From NCBI RefSeq assembly GCF_009914755.1, contig NC_060928.1: a DNA stretch of 64,000 nucleotides; one strand, given 5' to 3'. The position numbers were made by a program, and so were the translations under genes. The notes beneath the pieces were generated by a model that worked only from the letters and a program-made list of their open reading frames with translations, was not told where the DNA came from and made no database searches. Source of the stretch: the human T2T-CHM13v2.0 reference genome, Homo sapiens. Of this stretch, positions 52,746 to 64,000 are shown piece after piece (the first letter of the stretch is position 1; each line of letters starts with the position of its first letter).

Positions 52746-53784
52746 AGGGGACAATCGAGCCAAGATGGCCGAATAGGAACAGCTCTGGTCTACAGCTCCC
52801 AGCGTGAGTGACGCAGAAGATGGATGATGTCTGCATTTCCATCTGAGGTACCGGGTTCATCTCACTAGGGAGTGACAGACAGTGGGCACAGAACAGTGGG
52901 TGCAGTGCACCATGCACCAGCTGAAACAGGGTGAGACATTGCCTCACTCAGGAAGTGCAAGGGGTCAGGGAGTTCCCTTTCCTAGTCAAAGAAAGGGGTG
53001 ACAGATGGCACCTGGAAAATTGAGTCACTCCCATCCTAAGACTGCGCTTTTCCAATGGACTTAAAAAAGGTGCACCAGGAGATTATATCCCGCACATGGC
53101 TCAGAGGGTCCTATGCCCATGGAGTCTCACTGATTGCTAGCACAGCAGTCTGAGATCAAACTGCAAGGTGGCAGCGAGGCTGGGGGAGGGGAACCCTCCA
53201 TGGCCCAGGCTTGCTTAGGTAAACAAAGCAGCCGGGAAGCTCCAACTGGATGGAGCCCACCACAGCCCAAGGAGGCCTGCCTGCCTCTGTAGGCTCCACC
53301 TCTGGGGGCAGGGCACAGACAAACAAAAAGACAGCAGTAACCTCTGCAGACTTAAATGTCCCTGTCTGACAGCTTTGAAGAGAGCAGTGGTTCTCCCAGC
53401 ACACAGCTGGAGATCTGAGAACGGGCAGACTGCCTCCTCAAGTGGGTCCCTGACCCCTGACCCCTGAGCAGCCTAACTGGGAGGCAGCCCCCAGTAGGGG
53501 CAGACTGACATCTCACATGGCCGGGTACTCCTCTGAGAGAAAAATTTCAGAGGAATGATCAGACAGCAGCATTCACGGTTCACAACAATCAGCTGTTCTG
53601 CAGCCACCGCTGCTGATACCCAGACAAACAGGGTCTGGAGTGGAACTCTAGCAAACTCCAATAGACCTGCAGCTGAGGGTCCTGTCTGTTAGAAGGAAAA
53701 CTAACAAACAGAAAGGACATCCACACCAAAAACCCATCTGTACATCACCATCATCAAAGACCAAAAGTAGATAAAACCACAAAG
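52746..53784 (+). promoter_or_regulatory. L1 5'UTR internal promoter (YY1 site CAAGATGGCCG at 52761-52771), CpG-eroded
   Basis: Canonical L1PA 5'UTR including the ~129-bp segment absent from L1PA2/L1HS. Confidence 0.85.
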
Positions 53785-54790
53785 ATGGGGAAAAAACAGA
53801 GCAAAAAAACTGGATATTCTAAAAAGCAGAGTGTCTCTCCTCCTCCAAAGGAATGCAGTTCCTCACCAGCAATGGAACAAAGCTGGATGGAGAATGACTT
53901 TGACGAGTTGAGAGAAGAAGGCTTCAGATGATCAAACTACTCTGAGCTACAGGAGGAAATTCAAACCAAAGGCAAAGAAGTTAAAAACTTCGAAAAAAAT
54001 TTAGATGAATGTATAACAAGAATAACCAATACAGAGAAGTGCTTAAAGGAGCTGATGGAGCTGAAAGCCAAGGCTCAAGAACTACATGAAGAATGCAGAA
54101 GCCTCAGGAGCTGATGTGATCAACTGGAAGAAAGGGTATCAGTGATGGAATGAAATGAAGTGAGAAGGGAAGTTTAGAGCAAAAAGAATAAAAAGAAATG
54201 AACAAAGCCTCCAAGAAATATGGGACTATGTGAAAAGACCAAATCTACGTCTGATTGGTGGACCTGAAAGTGACAGGGAGAATGGAACCAAGTTGGAAAA
54301 CACTCTGCAGGATATTATACAGGAGAACTTCTCCAATCTAGCAAGGCAGGCCAACATTCAGATTCAGGAAATACAGAGAATGCCACAAAGATACTCCTCG
54401 AGAAGAGCAACTCCAAGACACATAATTGTCAGATTCACCAAAGTTGAAATGAAGGAAAAAATGTTAAGGGCAGTCAGAGAGAAAGGTTGGGTTACCCTCA
54501 AAGGGAAGCCCATCAGACTAACAGCGGATCTCTTGGCAGAAACTCTACAAGCCAGAAGAGAGTGGGGGCCAATATTCAACATTCTTAAAGAAAAGAATTT
54601 TCAACCCAGAATTTCATATCCAGCCAAACTAAGCTTCATAAGTGAAGGAGAAATAAAATACTTTACAGACAAGCAAATGCTGAGAGATTTGGTCACCACC
54701 AGGCCTGCCTTAGAAGAGCTCCTGAACGAAGCACTAAACATGGAAAGGAACAACCGGTACCAGCCACTGCAAAAACATGCCAAATTGTAA
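53785..54790 (+). pseudogene. L1 ORF1p, disrupted
   Basis: ATGGGGAAAAAACAGAGC start; premature TGA codons and an indel in the coiled coil; intact C-terminal RRM/CTD frame 54230-54790 (RPNLRLIG...YPAKLS). Confidence 0.93.
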
Positions 54791-54853
54791 AGACCATCCA
54801 GGCTAGGAAGAAACTGCATCAACTAATGAGCAAAATAACCAGCTAACATCATA

Positions 54854-58680
<3,827 letters not shown>

Positions 58681-58903
58681 ACAATGAGAACACATGGACA
58701 CAGGAAGGGGAACATCACACTCTGAGGACTGTTGTGGGGTGGGGGGAGGGGGGAGGGATAGCATTAGGCGATATACCTAATATTAAATGACGAGTTAATG
58801 GGTGCAGCACACCAGCATGGCACATGTATACATATGTAACAAACCTGCACATCATGCACATGTACCTTAAAACTTAAAGTATAATAATAATAAAATAAAA
58901 AAA

Positions 58904-59030
58904 GAATAATTTATCCCTACTTAAAGACAGATTGTCCAATATGTAACCACTACATACAAAAAAGTTATAAAATTGTCCTTGGTTTTACAATGATAAATGA
59001 AAAACATTAAAATTCTTTAACTGAACAAAG
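58904..59030 (-). other. 3'-transduced non-L1 sequence resembling SUMO2 3'UTR (antisense to the L1)
   Basis: Lies between two A tracts inside the TSDs (seen). Its reverse complement GAATTTTAATGTTTTTCATTTATCATTGTAAAACCAAGGACAATTTTATAACTTTTTTGTA...CAATCTGTCTTTAAGTAGGGATAAATTA matches my recollection of SUMO2 mRNA 3'UTR (not searched). Confidence 0.8.
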
Positions 59031-59409
59031 AAAAAAAAAAAAGAAAGTGTAAGTTACTTGTCCAAGGTTACTTATTGGATTTAGAATTCAAGTCCTCTGA
59101 ATCCAAATTCAGATCCTCTGAATCCTAAAGGACTCTATCCGCAAATTTATAATCACCTGTGAGATAAAATTTCAGGGTCAGCCTGACTTGTCTCAAAATA
59201 GCACTTCACTGCCCACCCTTGATAATGGTAGCTCTGGTAGCTCTTATTCTGCCATTAAGTTTTGGATGATGTTTATAAAGCACATGCTTCTGTCACTGTA
59301 AGACTTTGGAGAAGGAGATAGTAACAGCCCAGAAAGTCTTGCTTGTCCCCCTAGTTCACTGCTAATTTTCACTTCGGTCCCATGGTTGCTCTCAGATAGC
59401 ATTTCCAAA

Positions 59410-59610
59410 ATTGTGCAGATTACACGTCCTAGCTGTGGGACCTTGTACAAGTTATTTAAACCCTCTGGGTTCCTTCTGTCTGTAAATGGGGATAACAATA
59501 ATTCCAGCTGCATTGGGCTGTTGTGAGCATGAATGAGTTGCTATATTTAAACCATTTAGAATAGCGTCTGACTTATAGTAGCACTCAACGAATGTTGGAT
59601 ATTGTTATTA
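59410..59610 (+). mobile_element. MIR
   Basis: agctgtgggaccttgtacaagttatttaaaccctctggg...tgtaaatggggataacaata. Confidence 0.8.
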
Positions 59611-60939
59611 TTGCACTTGAAGTGCTTGGCACTTAGTATATGCTCAAAAAATGTGAGTTACAAAAAATAAAGAACAAAAAAGACAGGAAGACAAACTATA
59701 GTGAATTCACAGTTCTCAAAGGTGCAGGGCCTTGATGACCAGAAAGAGTGGCAGAACTAACTCCCTCACACAAACTTATAGACACAGTTACTTTGGTACA
59801 GCTGAACACTATATAGCACTATATAACCTCTTCTGATCCCAAACTCTGCTAAAGTTTATCACCATCCATCAAGAAAATGCCGACGAGCCACTGAGCTGTG
59901 ATTCATGTTGCCCATCAGAGCTGGCACCAGTAATGACCTCTGTTGCTGCCTCTTTGTATGTGGTTGGAACCGGTAAACTCAGCCATTCACCTGCACATTT
60001 TTCAGTACTTTGGACCCCTGCTATAATGAATGGACTCATAGGCACTTTTCTCAGCAAAAATGACAGCAGTTGCTTTTAGGAAGAATGTTCAAAAGCACAT
60101 CCACAAGAATGTTCAGCCAGGCATGTAAGTAAATGTGAATTAAGTTATCACATTCTGACTAATCTCTAAAGAGAATATGCCTGCCTTTGAGCAGCTAAGA
60201 AAAAGAAAAAAAAGGATTAAATTATTTGCATGCAGACCAACTTTATGCTAAGTTTGCCTTTAGGACAAAATGTTTATATTACTTCCTACCAGGTCTGCAA
60301 ACAAGCTATTGTGCTCTGGGCTAAGAAGATTATGTGCCCAGCTACCTGGGTACTGAGAACACAGGTTCAAACTGGTCTTTGAAGAGGGAAAGGCTCTTAC
60401 AGCTAGGATATGGACAACCATAAGGAACAGCAGTTCTGTGCCTTATGTTGGCACTTTGGGTTCTGTAGTGAGAATTAAATGACTAAGGACGACTTGCTTT
60501 TCTCTAAAAGAATGGACTGCAGAAAACCAGGGACTAATTACTCCTGTGGTAATCTACTCCAGAGAGGTGAAAGCAGTCAGAAGCAGGTAACTAGAAATAG
60601 AAAAAAATCATGCCTAGGTCTAGCTCCTTGAAGACACCAAGTTCCCCATTCCCTGTCTGGGGTTTGACACAATTCTCATAAAAAATGCAACGTGGGTTAG
60701 TTTGACTTTCCTTAGAGCATAATGGGAGATTACAAAGTACTTTAAAACAAAGTGATGATGACAAACATGCATAGACATTTCTTCTTTAATGAAAGTGTTG
60801 ATGATTGTGGGTTCGATTCAGAATGAAGGTAGATGATACTCATTGCTCCTCAGCCCAAAACTTTCCTTGATGTGCTTTTCCATTACTCCAGCTTCTTGTA
60901 GGGTATAGAAATATGTGATACTACTAGTACTATAATAAT

Positions 60940-61130
60940 AAAGAAAATAAGAATAGCTAAACTTATGCAGTGCTTGTTTTGTGATAGCACCTTCCTTTAT
61001 ACATATTTCATTTATTTCTTGCAAAATGCTTAAGAGGTAGATGTTTTATTAACTGCATTCTAAAGATGTAGAGAATTTAAATAACTTGCTCAGTTAAGTA
61101 TGGAGTTCAGACCTAACCCAGCTCTTAACT
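60940..61130 (-). mobile_element. MIR
   Basis: aatagctaaacttatgcagtgctt...taaataacttgctcag. Confidence 0.55.
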
Positions 61131-62066
61131 ATGACTGCTGTCACTGCTACTACTACAACTGCTATGATGAGAATGACTACTACTTCTTAACTATTGCTAT
61201 TACTGTAACTACAACAGCTACTACTGTCATAATTGCTACATCAGCAACAGCTACTACTACTACTATTATTGTTTCAGTAGGTAGCTAGTCAGGCATGAGC
61301 CGGGCAAGAGAGGGCTCCCCACCTCCCAAAAAACAAAGCAGGATTGTGAGGTAACCACCAGGTGATGGTCAGGCAGTTGTTAACTGTCTCTCTAAAATAA
61401 TCATTGGTCACAGCCAGTTCCAGGGAAGGGCAGTCTCCCAATAGACAGAAACATCTGAAATTGGTAATCAGCAGCTTCCCAGTAAGATCTCAGGGGTTGG
61501 GCGAGTGGGCTGAAGACTGCATATTAAGAGGCAAAATGGTGGAGTTTAACTGGTATATGACCTTCCTCTAAGAATGCTAGACCGGTAGGGGAAGAATGCC
61601 TCAAGTGAGCATGTGCACAACTCCAGTAAACACACTGTACATGCTCCCCTCCTAAGGGCTGGCAGGCCACTGTGCATGAAGATAGCTCACCCCAAGGGAA
61701 GGATCGGGGGAAATAATACAAGAACCCAGAAGTACACCAACGTATAGAACCCCAAGTCAAAAGGTCAAACTGTGCACTTGATCTCTCAAGTCTCTTGCTT
61801 GGCCCTCTTCCAAGTATACTTTACTTCCTTTCATTCCCACTGTAAAGCTTTTTAATAAACTTTCACTCCTCTTCTGAAACTTGCCTCAGTCTTTCCTTCA
61901 GCCTAATGGCCCTCTGCCAAATTCTTTCTTCTGAGAAGGCAAGAATTGAGGTTGCTGCAGACCTGTATGGATTCATTGCTGGTAACATAATGACTGACAA
62001 CTACAACTAGTACTACTATTGATCTGACTATAACAGCAACTATTACTACTACCACACTACTACTAG
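61131..62066. repeat. Degenerate (CTA)n/(CTG)n low-complexity tract split by MER50
   Basis: ctactactacaactgct... at 61131-61269 continues at 61988-62066. Confidence 0.8.
61270..61987 (+). mobile_element. MER50 solo LTR (ERV1)
   Basis: TGTTTCAGTAGGTAGCTAG...caggtgatggtcaggcagttg...GGTAACA; AATAAA near 61854; 4-bp TSD TTAT/TAAT. Confidence 0.88.
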
Positions 62067-62559
62067 TAGAAATGAACACTTATCCATCAAATTACTTAAA
62101 GCTCTGTGAGAAAAATAATTCGGAATCAGATCCGAGGCTCTGTTTGTTAATGATACCCTAATAACTTCTCATGCTTTTCATTTGAAGTAGCCCTAATGAC
62201 AGGTAAAAGTGAATTCAGAGTTCTGGAAGACTAGAATTTTCTAAAAGTTTGGCATTTTTTCTTAAAAAAAGACAAAGAATATCTCAAATATTGTTTTTTT
62301 TTTTCTGTTGTAACACATCTTGTTGGCTTCAAAAGAATAAACATTTTTCCCTAGAAGATTTTGAGTAAAATTGACAGCATGGAAGCTGTGCCAAGCAATC
62401 TAGTGACTTTGTGTTTTCCCAGTAAACTTAGGTGTGTGAGTTTGTGCACACTAGGTTGGAAAACATTGATACATGATGGCAAATAATTGATTGGCTGCCA
62501 TAAATAAAGGGTTGGAAGTTAATGCCGGCTCAACCCTGAGCTCTCAGCTCAAATGCTCT

Positions 62560-62810
62560 CTCTTTGAAAAGTCCTCTCTCTTTCCCCTTGTCTCCACAAC
62601 TAGGTCAACCCCTGTGCCTCAATTTTTCTTAACCATTACTAATCCTCAGTAGCTCTTAAGACTGTTGTAATTTTATAAATAGTTAAATATATGAGGGCAA
62701 ATATGTCTAGTTATTTTCCCACGGTTAAATTCCTGGGTGTAACACAGTGCCTGGCACAGAGTAGGAGCTTAACATTATTTACGGAATGAATGAGTGAAGA
62801 AAGGAATGCA
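62560..62810 (+). mobile_element. L2 3' end
   Basis: cacagtgcctggcacagagtaggagcttaa...gaatgaatgagtgaa tail. Confidence 0.7.
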
Positions 62811-63639
62811 TGAGCTTGCTGAAGCATCAGTCCTTCCCTGCTGCTGCTGGGTGCTGATGTGAGCAGGCTCTCTCAGAGTGGCAGGCTCCTGCCATCCAGT
62901 CACAGCCAGTACAACTGGCACCTCATTCACTGGCCACCTTTGGGGCATGAAGTGGTTTTTATATGTGATGTTCCAGTATAAAGGGAAATAAGTATTTAAG
63001 CTTTAAAACATTAAAACAACAGCCATTTGAACAAGCATGCAGCTGGGCACCCTGCACTGGCTAACACCACTTTTTTGGTGGAAGGCTCTGTGAGGAGATG
63101 CAGTCCCAGCTTTCCTCAGAACTGTACTTTGCTCAGAGAGGGATGACGTGTGGTAGGACATGGTTAAGTAGAGGGCAATGGTTCCCATCCATCTTCTTTA
63201 GGAGCTGACTACTACATCCCTACAACACTTACCTTCCTCGTGGGGGAAGCATATGCTTCACCTATGTGCTTTTTGGGAATTACAGGCTTACCCGCATTGG
63301 CCAGTCTTTTTTTTACAGAAATGACAGGGGAAGGAGAATCTTTAGCAGGCCTCTCTCTGTTTCTTTGGCCTGGTACTATTTTGGTCAGCCCATGCTGGGC
63401 TGTTTAAATAATGCTGTGAAATTCTCACTTATCTAGCATGATGGGGGATAGAGGCGCTCCACCTAAGCGGATTTTCCAGATAACTGAAACTTATCCTGCT
63501 AAGTTGCAAAATTAAAAAACATTGTGTTATATAAAGGCTTCTAAAGTATATGATATTTATCCCTGCCTGCCTTTTAAATGAGAATATAGTGAATATATTT
63601 CAGCTTTATCTTGATGGCTCAGGGTCAGAACTTTGAATG

Positions 63640-63830
63640 TAGAATCATAGGATTTTAGAGTTGGGACCGGGCCTTGATAAAGATTGTCTGGTTCCACTCC
63701 CTCACAATAGACAGCAAGTGAAGGAGGCCCAGAGAGCTGGCATAACTTTTTGAAGACTGCACATCTAGGCAAACAGAGATGCAGATAAAAATTCAGCCTT
63801 CAGCTTTTAGCTGAGGTCCTTCCTTTTATA
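63640..63830 (-). mobile_element. MIR/MIR3 fragment
   Basis: agaatcataggattttagagttgggaccgggcc...gaggcccagagag. Confidence 0.55.
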
Positions 63831-64000
63831 CTAGATCAGAGGTTCTTCACGCATATAGTGTTTCTCGTCTCTTCAGTAAGTAGCTCTAAACTGCCGTGCT
63901 TTTAACTTGTTATTTCTGATTTTTATATTTTTTCCTACATCCTCCATTCAGGTTTCATTTGATCTATTTGCCTCTAGTGGTACCTGGTCTTCTTATTTGC

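Noticed and set aside
53128-53201. Primate L1 antisense ORF0
   Set aside because: The ATG is present (MEGSPPPASLPPCSLISDCCASNQ) but a CGA>TGA stop follows after about 24 codons
63968-63982. CTCF-like CCACTAGAGGCA on the - strand
   Set aside because: One base short in the core relative to CCACTAGRGGGC; unsupported

Overview
Primate (human-like) euchromatic, non-genic or deep-intronic DNA. It is not microbial: it is AT-rich, CpG-depleted and dense in Alu, L1, L2, MIR, MaLR/ERV LTRs and DNA-transposon fossils. No intact protein-coding gene, tRNA, rRNA or CRISPR array can be supported. Main elements are a full-length, inactivated L1PA3/4 (52746-59041, +) flanked by a 15-bp TSD; an internally deleted older L1PA (15882-20735, -) with a tandem-monomer 5' region; a processed RPS26 pseudogene (-); many solo LTRs (several nested, with readable TSDs); and a ~550-bp polypyrimidine (TTTCC)n tract. 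The strongest observation is that the young L1 carries a ~127-bp 3' transduction between two poly(A) tracts, which I recognise from memory as antisense SUMO2 3'UTR. Other unexplained structures are a 28-bp-arm and a 20-bp-arm perfect hairpin and an 89-bp dispersed direct duplication. Repeat subfamily names are from recall of consensus sequences and need RepeatMasker/Dfam confirmation. Boundaries without TSDs are approximate.
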